A stretch of DNA of 32,000 nucleotides, taken from NCBI RefSeq assembly GCF_000973505.1, contig NZ_CP010048.1, positions 120,001 to 152,000 on the forward strand, read 5' to 3'. The first letter of the stretch is position 1. Each line of letters begins with the position of its first letter. Below, one piece after another: positions 1 through 9,206 of this stretch. Origin of the DNA: Candidatus Saccharimonadota bacterium (GTDB lineage: Bacteria; Pseudomonadota; Gammaproteobacteria; Enterobacterales; Enterobacteriaceae). The notes beneath the pieces were generated by a model. It did not search any database and was not told the DNA's origin. It saw only the letters and a list, made by a program, of their open reading frames with translations. The translations under genes and the position numbers were made by a program.

Positions 1-1817
1 AACCTGTTAATGTTGTTAGTCGTGACGTTGTTATTGGAGAAATGATAACTGTATCAGAATTAGCGAATAAGATGGCGGTAAAAAGTTCACAAGTGATTCA
101 AGTAATGATTCGATTAGGTACGTTGGCAACTATTAATCAAGTGATTGATCAGCAAATGGCTCAGTTAGTTGCAGAAGAAATGGGACATAATGTTGTTTTA
201 CGTCATGAAAACGATTTAGAATCTATGGTTATGAATGATCGAGACGTTAATGTTGGTAGTAATGTTTTATTAAATCATCTTGAACATCGAGCGCCAATTG
301 TGACAATTATGGGTCATGTTGATCATGGTAAAACTTCGTTGTTGGATTATATACGTTCTAGTAGATTAGTGGATTTAGAAGCAGGTGGTATTACTCAGCG
401 TATGGGGGCATATTGTGTTGAAATCCCTAATAAGGGTATGATTACATTTATTGATACTCCTGGTCATGCGGCGTTTACTAATATGCGTATGAGAGGTGTT
501 CGAATAACAGATATAGTAGTGTTAGTTGTAGCCATTGATGATGGTGTTATGCCTCAGACTGTTGAAGCCATTGAACATGTTAAATGCGCTAATATTCCCA
601 TGATAGTAGCGTTAAATAAAATTGATAAGTCTATTGATGTTGCTAATGTTGATCGTATCAGAAATGAATTGGCACAACAAGGTGTCGTTTCTGAGGAATG
701 GGGAGGTGAGACACAATTTGTTAGTATATCTGCTAAATTAGGGACTGGTATAGATATTTTATTAGATGCAATCTTGTTGGAATCTGAGGTTTTGGAATTA
801 AAATCTGTTCGGTCTGGCATGGCTACTGGTATAGTGATTGAGTCTTTTTTGGATAAAGGCCGGGGTCCGGTTGCTGTTATTTTGATTCGTGAAGGGACTC
901 TACGGTGCGGTGATATTGTTTTATGTGGTTTAGAGTTTGGACGGGTGCGAGCCATGCATAATGAATTTGGTTCTAATGTTGATTCAGCTGGTCCTTCAGT
1001 GCCTGTTGAAGTGTTTGGATTATCTGGCATTCCTTTTGCTGGTGATGTAATGAGTGTAGTTCGTAATGAACGAAAAGCCCGTGAGGTAGCTTTATATCGA
1101 CAGGGTAAATTTCGTGCTGTTAAGTTAGAAGAAAAGAAAAAAGATAAATTTAAACAAGCGTTAGTTGATATTTCTTCGTTAGAAAACGGTTCAGTTGTAA
1201 ATTTTAACGTTGTGTTAAAAGCTGATATACAGGGTTCAGTTGAAGCTATTGTCGATGTTTTAAGTCGTTTATCTAATTCTGATGTAAAAATTAATATTGT
1301 AGGTTCAGGAGTGGGTGGTATTACTGAAACTGATGTTTCGTTAGCTATTGCCACTCGTTCTATACTATTGGGATTTAACGTTCGTTCTGATATATTAGCA
1401 CGTCGTATAATTGAATTAGAGAATGTTGATGTTTATTGTTATTCTGTTATTTATGATTTAATTCGAGATATTAAAAAATTAATTACTGGTATGTTAATGC
1501 CGAGACATTGTAAAAAAAATGTTGCTGTCGCTGAAGTTCGAAATGTTTTTGGTTCGTCTAAATTAGGTAATATTGCTGGTTGTATGATTTTAGAAGGTGT
1601 AGTGCGTCGTCGTAATAAGGTTCGTGTGTTGCGAAAGAAAATTGTAGTTCATGAAGGTGAGGTGGAGTCTTTACGTCGATTTAAAGATGATGTTAATGAG
1701 GTTCGCGCTGGCATGGAGTGTGGAATAGTAATAAAGAATTACAATGATATTCATTCAGGAGATTATATTGAAATTTTTGAGGAAAATGTTGATAATATTG
1801 GGACAATTTGTGTTTAG
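1..1817 (+). CDS. infB: Translation initiation factor IF-2, 5'-truncated by the window edge. The reading frame is open from nt 3 and the stop is TAG at 1815-1817.
   Basis: The translation from nt 3 reads [27 protein letters not shown], collinear with E. coli IF2. GTPase motifs [20 protein letters not shown] and NKID are present. The infB-rbfA-truB-rpsO-pnp gene order matches E. coli. Confidence 0.97.
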   Translation, partial: PVNVVSRDVVIGEMITVSELANKMAVKSSQVIQVMIRLGTLATINQVIDQQMAQLVAEEMGHNVVLRHENDLESMVMNDRDVNVGSNVLLNHLEHRAPIVTIMGHVDHGKTSLLDYIRSSRLVDLEAGGITQRMGAYCVEIPNKGMITFIDTPGHAAFTNMRMRGVRITDIVVLVVAIDDGVMPQTVEAIEHVKCANIPMIVALNKIDKSIDVANVDRIRNELAQQGVVSEEWGGETQFVSISAKLGTGIDILLDAILLESEVLELKSVRSGMATGIVIESFLDKGRGPVAVILIREGTLRCGDIVLCGLEFGRVRAMHNEFGSNVDSAGPSVPVEVFGLSGIPFAGDVMSVVRNERKAREVALYRQGKFRAVKLEEKKKDKFKQALVDISSLENGSVVNFNVVLKADIQGSVEAIVDVLSRLSNSDVKINIVGSGVGGITETDVSLAIATRSILLGFNVRSDILARRIIELENVDVYCYSVIYDLIRDIKKLITGMLMPRHCKKNVAVAEVRNVFGSSKLGNIAGCMILEGVVRRRNKVRVLRKKIVVHEGEVESLRRFKDDVNEVRAGMECGIVIKNYNDIHSGDYIEIFEENVDNIGTICV

Positions 1818-1923
1818 TTTTTGATTATTGTGTTGTATATCATTGGTAATTATTGTTATTTATTGATTATATTTAATTTTGTTATTTGAAAATGTTGTTT
1901 TAATGTAAATAAAGGGTATGTGA

Positions 1924-2283
1924 GTGAGAGATTGTAATCGTATTTGTCGCATTTCTAGTGAGATTCGAAAAAATATTGCTATTATTTTGCAGTTTAAGAT
2001 TAGAGATCCTCGTGTAGCAGGTATAATTACAGTATTAGGGATAGATATTTCTAGTGATTTATCTTTTGCGAAGGTGTTTGTAACTTTTTTGGGAAATATT
2101 ACTGTCAACCAGTTGGATCAAAAATTAAAAATTTTACGGGGTGCTTCGGGGTTTATTCGTAGTTCTTTAGCACGCGTGATGTTTTTACGGATAGTACCGG
2201 AATTGTTATTTATTTATGATGATTCTTTATCAGAGACAATGAAAGTTTATCATGTTTTAACTAAAAAAATCAGTAGTATGTAG
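1924..2283 (+). CDS. rbfA: Ribosome-binding factor A, with a GTG start.
   Basis: The 119-aa product aligns with E. coli RbfA (AKVFVTFLG, ASGFIRS, RIVPEL.F.YD). It sits between infB and truB. Confidence 0.93.
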   Translation: MRDCNRICRISSEIRKNIAIILQFKIRDPRVAGIITVLGIDISSDLSFAKVFVTFLGNITVNQLDQKLKILRGASGFIRSSLARVMFLRIVPELLFIYDDSLSETMKVYHVLTKKISSM

Positions 2284-2402
2284 TCATTTGAGAAGAGACA
2301 TTTATCAAATGGTTATTATGTGAATCAATAGACATTGAGGACGTTTTTTAAATAGAATTTTTTGCAATTAAAGAATATATAATATATTTGGTGTAATGTA
2401 AA

Positions 2403-3329
2403 GTGTTTATGAGGGATGTTCATGGGGTGTTGTTTTTAGATAAGGTATCTGGAATTTCATCAGCTTCTGTATTACGTCAGGTTAAAATTTTATTTCAAGC
2501 TAAAAAAGTTGGTCATGCTGGTACTTTGGATCCTTTAGCTACTGGTATGTTACCAATATGTTTTGGAGAAGCTACTAAATTTTCTCGATATTTTTTAGCA
2601 GCTGATAAATCTTATAAAGTAGTTGCAAAATTTGGTGAACGTACTGATACTTATGATTCTTATGGAAGAAGTATATGTATTCGTCCAGTAAAATTAAATA
2701 AAGAATCTTTATATCAGACTCTAAGTTTTTTTATTGGAAAAAGTTATCAAGTGCCTCCTATGTTTTCGGCATTGAAGTATTGTGGACGTCCTTTATATCA
2801 ATACGCGCGTCATGGTATAAATATCGCAAGGGGTTCAAGGTTGATTAATATATATAATATTAATTTGCTTCAATGGGATGACATGTATATTGAATTAGAG
2901 GTATTTTGTTCCAAGGGTACTTATATTCGTTCGTTTGTGGATGATTTAGGAGAGTATCTTGGATGTGGTGCACATATTGTCTCGTTAAGACGATCTTCTT
3001 TAGGTCATTTTACCTCTGATTTTATGATTCATGTTACAGTATTAAAAACGTACGTTGATAATGACATGAGTAGCAGTGATTTTGAGAAACTTGATTCGTT
3101 GTTATATCCAGTGGATGTAATGGTTAAACATTTTCCAGAAGTTAATGTTTCAGTAGGTGTTTATCGTTTATTACGATGTGGACAAAAAATAGAAATTAGT
3201 GGGTTTGGTATTAATGTTACTGGTATTAAATTAGTTCGCATGACCGTAGGGGTTAACAGAAAATTCTTTGGTATGGGTAATATTGTAGATAATAAGTATT
3301 TATTAGTAGATCGTTTATCTATTTTTTGA
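2403..3329 (+). CDS. truB: tRNA pseudouridine-55 synthase. The start is either GTG 2403 or ATG 2409.
   Basis: The motif GHAGTLDPLATGMLPICFGEATKF contains the catalytic Asp. SALKY and CSKGTYIRS are also present, and the product is collinear with E. coli TruB. Confidence 0.93.
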   Translation: MFMRDVHGVLFLDKVSGISSASVLRQVKILFQAKKVGHAGTLDPLATGMLPICFGEATKFSRYFLAADKSYKVVAKFGERTDTYDSYGRSICIRPVKLNKESLYQTLSFFIGKSYQVPPMFSALKYCGRPLYQYARHGINIARGSRLINIYNINLLQWDDMYIELEVFCSKGTYIRSFVDDLGEYLGCGAHIVSLRRSSLGHFTSDFMIHVTVLKTYVDNDMSSSDFEKLDSLLYPVDVMVKHFPEVNVSVGVYRLLRCGQKIEISGFGINVTGIKLVRMTVGVNRKFFGMGNIVDNKYLLVDRLSIF

Positions 3330-3552
3330 ATGTGTTTGTGTGAAAGTATTTTTTAATTTTTAATGATCTTGTGATTATTTTTTTTGAGAGTAAAATAAAT
3401 GAATGTTTTTTAAAAAGTGATGATGTTGTGTATATATTTGTTGTACCAAATTATTTATTGGTATATAACTGGTAATTAATGAAATTTAATTATTTTGTGT
3501 TGTTTTTTTGAGTTATTTGTTAAATTATTTTTGGTTTTTTTAGGACATTGAT

Positions 3553-3828
3553 ATGTTAAACCGTATTGTAAAAAAAGAAGTAGAAAAAGTTATTGAGCAA
3601 TTTGGTTATAATGTTTATGATACCGGTTCCAGTGAGGTTCAAGTGGCTTTCTTAACGAGTCGTATTGCTCATTTACAGAGTCATTTTATTAAACATAAAA
3701 AAGATTATCACAGTAGACGTGGTTTGTTACGTATGATTGCCCAACGACGAAAATTGTTGAATTATTTAAAAATTAGTGATAAGGGTCGTTATATGAATTT
3801 AATTGGGAAATTGGGTTTACGGCGTTAA
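3553..3828 (+). CDS. rpsO: 30S ribosomal protein S15.
   Basis: The 91-aa product carries [24 protein letters not shown] and a GLRR C-terminus. An AGGA Shine-Dalgarno lies upstream. Confidence 0.96.
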   Translation: MLNRIVKKEVEKVIEQFGYNVYDTGSSEVQVAFLTSRIAHLQSHFIKHKKDYHSRRGLLRMIAQRRKLLNYLKISDKGRYMNLIGKLGLRR

Positions 3829-4059
3829 ATCAAATATTGTGATTGTATATTATAGTAGTGTTGGAAAATTAGTATTATGGGGTAAAATTTTGATTTTTGG
3901 TACTATTATTGTGTCGTATTTGATGAGTTTTAATATAAATGTAATTACAAAATTAGTGATATAATATTTTGTTGTTAGATGGTATTATGTAGTGTTGAGA
4001 ATTTTGTCATAATTAATTTAGCTTATTGATGTTAAATTTTATTATTAAAGGATGGTATT

Positions 4060-6141
4060 TTGATCAGTCCAATTATTAGACAGTTTCAGTATGGTAATCA
4101 TATGTTAACATTAGAGACTGGAGTTATTGCTCGTCAAGCAAATGCTGCAGTTATGGTGAGCATGGGGGATACCGCAGTTCTTGTTACTGTGGTAATTGAT
4201 ACCGATGTTCAATCAGGACAAGATTTTTTCCCTTTAACGGTTCATTATCAGGAGAGAAGCTATTCAGTTGGAAAATTTCCGGGGGGTTTTTTTCGTCGAG
4301 AGGGTCGTCCCACTGAAAATGAAATTTTAACATCGCGATTAATTGATCGACCTATTCGTCCTTTATTTCCGGAACGATTTATGAATGAAGTGCAAATAAT
4401 TGCAACGGTGGTTTCGGTAAATCCACAAATAAATCCAGATATTTTAGGAATAATTGGTGCTTCAGCTGCGTTGAGTTTGTCGGGTGTTCCTTTTTTTGGT
4501 CCAGTGGGTGCGGCACGTGTTGGGTATGTTAATGGGCAGTATGTTTTGAATCCTACTACAGATGAATTAATTCGTAGTCGTTTGGATTTAGTTATTGCTG
4601 GCACGGAGAGTTCTATATTAATGGTAGAATCTGCATCGCAATTTTTAAGTGAAGAGGAGATATTAGAGGCTCTCATTTTTGGTCATCGTCAACAAAAGTT
4701 AGTTATTGAAAATATTCATGCTTTCGTTATGGAGGCAGGCAAGCGAAATTGTCAAGTGCAAATAAGAGAAATAAATAATGATTTACAGTTAGTTATAACT
4801 AATTTGGTTGGGTGTCGTTTTTTAGATGCATATTCTATTGTTGATAAAAAAAGTCGTTATTCAAAAATTGATTTTATTAAAGGTGAAGTTATTGATGTAT
4901 TGACTCAAAGTGATAGAAATGTGGATAAAAATGAGATATCTCATATATTACATGATATAGAAAAAAATATTGTCAGGCAGCGAATTTTACAAGGTCAGCC
5001 TCGTATTGATGGTCGTTCTTATCAGATGATTCGTGAATTGGATATACGTACTGGCATTTTGCCACGAACCCATGGTTCTGCATTGTTCACGCGTGGAGAA
5101 ACACAGGTTTTAGTAAGTACAACACTTGGTACTGAACGTGATGCTCAAAATATTGATGAATTAACTGGTGAGCGAATTGATCGTTTTTTATTGCATTATA
5201 ATTTTCAACCATATTGTGTAGGTGAAATTGGGGTAGTGAGTTCTCCAAAACGGAGAGAAATTGGACATGGCAGGTTAGCGAAACGTGGTATGTTAGCTGT
5301 CATGCCAAACATGAATGAGTTTCCTTATACCATACGTGTAGTTTCAGAAGTTACTGAGTCGAATGGTTCGTCTTCTATGGCTTCTATTTGTGGAGCATCA
5401 TTGTCATTAATGGATGCAGGAGTGCCTATTAAGTCAAGTGTGGCTGGAATAGCAATGGGTTTAGTAAAGCAAGGTGATAATTTTGTTGTTTTATCTGATA
5501 TTATGAGTGATGAAGATCGTTTAGGTGATATGGATTTTAAAATTTCTGGTAATCGTAATGGTATTACAGCATTGCAAATGGACATTAAAAATTTTGAGAT
5601 TACTTATGAGATTATTGGTGTAGCGTTAAATCAAGCGAAAGGTGCTCGTTTTAGTGTTTTAGATGTTATGGATCGTGTTATAAAGCTGCCACGAAAACAT
5701 ATTTCTAGTTTTGCTCCTCGTATACATATAATAAAAATAAATCAGGATAAGATAAAGAATTTAATTGGAAAAGGTGGTTCGGTGATCCGTTCTTTAATTG
5801 AGGAAACCAAGACTACTATAGAAATTGAAGATGATGGTACTGTTCAAATAGCATCTGTTAGTGATATTAATGTACAGCACGCTATTCGTCGTATTAAAGA
5901 AATTACAAGTGAGCTTGAAATAGGTGTAGTTTATACTGGCAAAGTTACTCATATTGTTAATTTTGGTGCTTTTGTTGCTCTTTTAGGTGGTAGTAAAGAA
6001 GGTTTAGTGCATATTTCTCAAATTTCCAAAAATCATGTGGATAATATTGATGATTATTTAAGTGTAGGCCAGGATATTTTAGTTAAGGTATTAGAGATAG
6101 ATCGGCAAGGTCGTGTTCGTTTAAGTATGAAAGATATTTAA
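4060..6141 (+). CDS. pnp: Polynucleotide phosphorylase (PNPase). It uses a TTG start, as the E. coli pnp gene does.
   Basis: The 693-aa product starts [21 protein letters not shown], compared with E. coli [21 protein letters not shown]. It has two RNase PH-like halves, a KH region ([14 protein letters not shown]) and an S1 region ([15 protein letters not shown]). Confidence 0.97.
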   Translation: MISPIIRQFQYGNHMLTLETGVIARQANAAVMVSMGDTAVLVTVVIDTDVQSGQDFFPLTVHYQERSYSVGKFPGGFFRREGRPTENEILTSRLIDRPIRPLFPERFMNEVQIIATVVSVNPQINPDILGIIGASAALSLSGVPFFGPVGAARVGYVNGQYVLNPTTDELIRSRLDLVIAGTESSILMVESASQFLSEEEILEALIFGHRQQKLVIENIHAFVMEAGKRNCQVQIREINNDLQLVITNLVGCRFLDAYSIVDKKSRYSKIDFIKGEVIDVLTQSDRNVDKNEISHILHDIEKNIVRQRILQGQPRIDGRSYQMIRELDIRTGILPRTHGSALFTRGETQVLVSTTLGTERDAQNIDELTGERIDRFLLHYNFQPYCVGEIGVVSSPKRREIGHGRLAKRGMLAVMPNMNEFPYTIRVVSEVTESNGSSSMASICGASLSLMDAGVPIKSSVAGIAMGLVKQGDNFVVLSDIMSDEDRLGDMDFKISGNRNGITALQMDIKNFEITYEIIGVALNQAKGARFSVLDVMDRVIKLPRKHISSFAPRIHIIKINQDKIKNLIGKGGSVIRSLIEETKTTIEIEDDGTVQIASVSDINVQHAIRRIKEITSELEIGVVYTGKVTHIVNFGAFVALLGGSKEGLVHISQISKNHVDNIDDYLSVGQDILVKVLEIDRQGRVRLSMKDI

Positions 6142-6248
6142 TTTAGTTATGTATTTTTTTATGAATTTTATGTTGAGAATACCGTTAGTTGGTTATGTGT
6201 TGTTTTATATTTTGTTAATAATTGTGGTGATGTGATTTGGAAGTATAT

Positions 6249-7964
6249 ATGTCGAAGCTTGAGCTTTCTTTTTTTGATTTAGGATTAAATAAAAATATTT
6301 TGAAAGCTTTATCAGATCTTGGGTATGTAAAGCCTTTTTTCATTCAGGAGAAATGTATTCCTTATTTGTTAAATGGTCATGATGTTTTGGGTTTAGCACA
6401 AACGGGTAGTGGTAAAACGGCAGCTTTTATTCTGCCGTTGTTGCAGAATATTAATCCTACTTTGTGTTTCCCACAAGTGTTAATTTTGGCACCGACTCGT
6501 GAGTTATCTATGCAACTTAGGGATGTTTGTTTGAATTTTTCAAAATATATTCAGGGTGTTAATGTGGTATCTTTGCATGGTGGTCAGAGTTATAATATAC
6601 AATTTCGTTCTCTAAAAAAAGGGCCTCAAATTGTGGTTGGTACTCCTGGTAGATTGTTAGATCATTTAAATCGGGCCACTTTAACATTATTAAAATTACA
6701 TAGTGTAGTAATAGATGAAGCTGATGAAATGTTACGAATGGGTTTTATAGAAGATGTTCGATCCATTATATTTAAAGCACCTAAAAATCGTCAAACTGCT
6801 TTATTTTCTGCAACATTTCCAAAAGAAATTCGTTCTATTGCACGTCAGTTCATGAATCATCCTAAAGAAATATATTTAGATAACGAAAAAATATCTACTA
6901 CTATAAAACAAGATTATTGGGTTGTGTCTGGTGGTTTTCATAAAAATGATGCTTTAGTTCGTTTTCTTGAAGTGGAAATATTTGATGCCGCAATTGTTTT
7001 TGTTCGTACTAAAGGTGCCACGATAGAAGTTTCTGATATGTTGGAAAAAAATGGTTATAACAGTGCGGCTTTAAATGGCGATATGAATCAAGTTATGAGG
7101 CAACAGACGTTAGAGCGCTTAAAATCAGGTCAATTAGATATTCTTATAGCTACTGATGTTGCAGCACGAGGATTAGATGTAGATCGTGTTACATTAGTCA
7201 TTAATTACGATGCCCCTGTGAATTTTTTATCTTACATACATCGAATCGGACGTACTGGTCGTGCAGGTCGTATAGGTAGATCATTATTGTTTATAAGACA
7301 TTCAGAATATCGTTTATTAAGGTATATTAAGAAAAGTGTGAATTTAAATATATCTAAAGTGCAAATTCCATCTTTGCTTGTATTAATTAATAGTCGATTA
7401 ACTAAATTTTCTGCACAAGTTGAGCATGTGTTGGCAAATAGTACTGATTTGGATAAGTATCGTGTTTTGTTATATAAAATTAAACCCCAAAATAATTTTG
7501 ATATGGAGACTCTTGCAGCAATATTATTAAAAATGGCACAAGGCGGCAGGTCATTAGTATTATCTGCAGATCAGGGACAACAACATATTGAGTCCGAGTT
7601 TAAAAATAATAGTAAAATTCATCATGGTCGGTTTTCATTGACTGGTCCTAGAGGTTCAAATAAAGAATGTTCTTCTTTGAGTCGTAGAAGTACGTCGCGA
7701 AATAGGAGCATGGACCTTTACCGCATTGATCTTGGCAGAGATGATGGGCTTAGTGTTCGTCATATTGTTGGGGCTATTGCTAACGAATGTGATATTAGTA
7801 GTCGACACATAGGGCATATTAGAATGTTTTCATCTTATTCTATTGTTGAGTTATCTAAGGGTATTCCAAGTAGTACATTATTGCATTTTAGTAAAGTTCG
7901 TGTATTAAATAAAACTATGAATATTAAATTGTTAGAAAGAGTAGATAAAGATATATGTGTTTAA
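6249..7964 (+). CDS. deaD: Cold-shock DEAD-box ATP-dependent RNA helicase DeaD/CsdA. ATG 6249 is preferred over the TTG 6237 given in the ORF track.
   Basis: AQTGSGKT, DEAD, SAT and HRIGRTGRAG motifs are present. MSKLELSFFDLGL aligns residue-for-residue with E. coli MAEFETTFADLGL. GGAAG lies 5 nt upstream of ATG 6249. Confidence 0.94.
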   Translation: MSKLELSFFDLGLNKNILKALSDLGYVKPFFIQEKCIPYLLNGHDVLGLAQTGSGKTAAFILPLLQNINPTLCFPQVLILAPTRELSMQLRDVCLNFSKYIQGVNVVSLHGGQSYNIQFRSLKKGPQIVVGTPGRLLDHLNRATLTLLKLHSVVIDEADEMLRMGFIEDVRSIIFKAPKNRQTALFSATFPKEIRSIARQFMNHPKEIYLDNEKISTTIKQDYWVVSGGFHKNDALVRFLEVEIFDAAIVFVRTKGATIEVSDMLEKNGYNSAALNGDMNQVMRQQTLERLKSGQLDILIATDVAARGLDVDRVTLVINYDAPVNFLSYIHRIGRTGRAGRIGRSLLFIRHSEYRLLRYIKKSVNLNISKVQIPSLLVLINSRLTKFSAQVEHVLANSTDLDKYRVLLYKIKPQNNFDMETLAAILLKMAQGGRSLVLSADQGQQHIESEFKNNSKIHHGRFSLTGPRGSNKECSSLSRRSTSRNRSMDLYRIDLGRDDGLSVRHIVGAIANECDISSRHIGHIRMFSSYSIVELSKGIPSSTLLHFSKVRVLNKTMNIKLLERVDKDICV

Positions 7965-9206
7965 ATAGTATGTACGTGTTAATTGTGTTTGTGTTATTAT
8001 TATTTGTTTTAGTAAGTGCGTGTAAGTTTTAAAGTTTATTTACAAGGTATGTAGTGATAGTATTTATTTTTTAAATAGATAAAAATTTGTTTAAAATGTT
8101 GTGTGTGTTATGTTGATATTTGAAATGATTGCTTTATTTTGGTATGAATTGCTGTTTAACTATAATTACGTGTGTTTTTGATTTGTTAAATTATATTTAT
8201 ATTTAGTGATATTTTTAATTAATTGATATTATATGTAATGCAATAATTGTAATTTTTAAAATTATTAAGAAGTGTTATATCGGTAAATATCGCGTATTTT
8301 ATTGTTAATTATATTTATATAAATAGAATATTATTTAGTAAATAATAATTATTAAACAGATATTATAAAAATTTTAATATGAATGATTATTTTATTAATG
8401 AATTTTTTAATTATATTTTAAATGATAATTTTTAAAAAATATATTTGTAATATATTTTTATATATAAAATTAATTTTGAACTTATGCACAATATAGTATA
8501 AAATCCATCAATGTTTTTCGATCATTTTCATGTTATATGTATTATTTTATTTGGATTAATTTTAATAAATTAAGTGGGTATAAATTATTCAGTGATTATT
8601 TTTATGAAAATGATATTTTATTAAAAGAGTGAGATTTATTGTATGTTCATTGGTGATTAATAGAGTGTTATGTCCATGATGGTATAATATTTATAATAAT
8701 AATTAATAATTTTTGAATGTATTTTGGGATTTGAATATAATATATATTATTTTTTTGATACTACTATTACTAGTTTATGGTTTAATTTTAATTGTATTTA
8801 AAGATTTTATTTATTAGTAGTATATATTTGATATATTATTTATTAAATAGATAATATAGAATAGTTTGAATTTTAATGATATTGAAATTATTTTTATGTT
8901 TGTATTAGTGTTTTATTTGAAATTTATATTTAATATAACAATGTATTTTATGTAATGTTAATTATGAATTATTTTAGTATAAATACTTTGGAGATTATGT
9001 ATGGATATAATGAGACTATAAATTAATCATATTTTTATATGATATTTAATGATTAAATTATTTTTTGTATACGTAATTATAAATATGGTTATAGTATATA
9101 TGATTATGACGATTGTTATATATAAATATGAAGATTTTGTCTTTTTCTATATGTATTATTATGTTTGTGTATAATTTATTTTAACATTTTTTAGGAGATT
9201 AAAAGA
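7965..9206. other. A 1.24-kb ultra-AT-rich non-coding spacer at the deaD|thrA synteny junction.
   Basis: No ORF of 60 aa or more exists in any frame. C and G are almost absent between about 8280 and 9100. I found no recognisable tRNA or sRNA motifs. The flanking genes are not neighbours in E. coli. Confidence 0.8.

Noticed and set aside
554-1354. A 266-aa antisense ORF inside infB, remarkably long for AT-rich DNA.
   Set aside because: It lies wholly inside a strongly conserved gene, in the antisense frame whose codons pair with sense positions 2, 1 and the preceding 3. Stops in that frame need Tyr, His or Gln sense codons preceded by a codon ending in T or C, and those combinations happen not to occur in this stretch. 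The product is low-complexity (S/T/P-rich) with no start context. It is a shadow ORF.
8643-8652. The 10-mer ATGTTCATTG is shared by the two big spacers (8643-8652 and 22445-22454), with a 9/10 copy at 22389-22398. Similar AGAGTGTTA and AGTGAG words occur nearby, which hinted at a dispersed repeat family.
   Set aside because: The flanks do not align without indels and the order of the shared words differs between copies. Near-copies also occur inside genes, for example ATGTTCATGG at about 2414 in truB. My rough composition-based estimate gives a marginal expectation only. A formal repeat search is needed.
9100-9174. A 24-codon ORF (MIMTIVIYKYEDFVFFYMYYYVCV*) ending 32 nt before thrA, considered as a thrL-like leader peptide.
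   Set aside because: It has only 1 Thr and 3 Ile codons, not in a run. There is no Shine-Dalgarno and no downstream terminator/antiterminator hairpins. ORFs of this size are expected by chance.
7965-9206. The ultra-AT-rich 1.24-kb spacer as a replication origin or terminus (a DNA-unwinding element).
   Set aside because: Gene orientation and the G>C/T>A skew are the same on both flanks (deaD and thrA). I see no DnaA-box (TTATCCACA-like) cluster and only a single GATC. A skew plot would be the decisive test.
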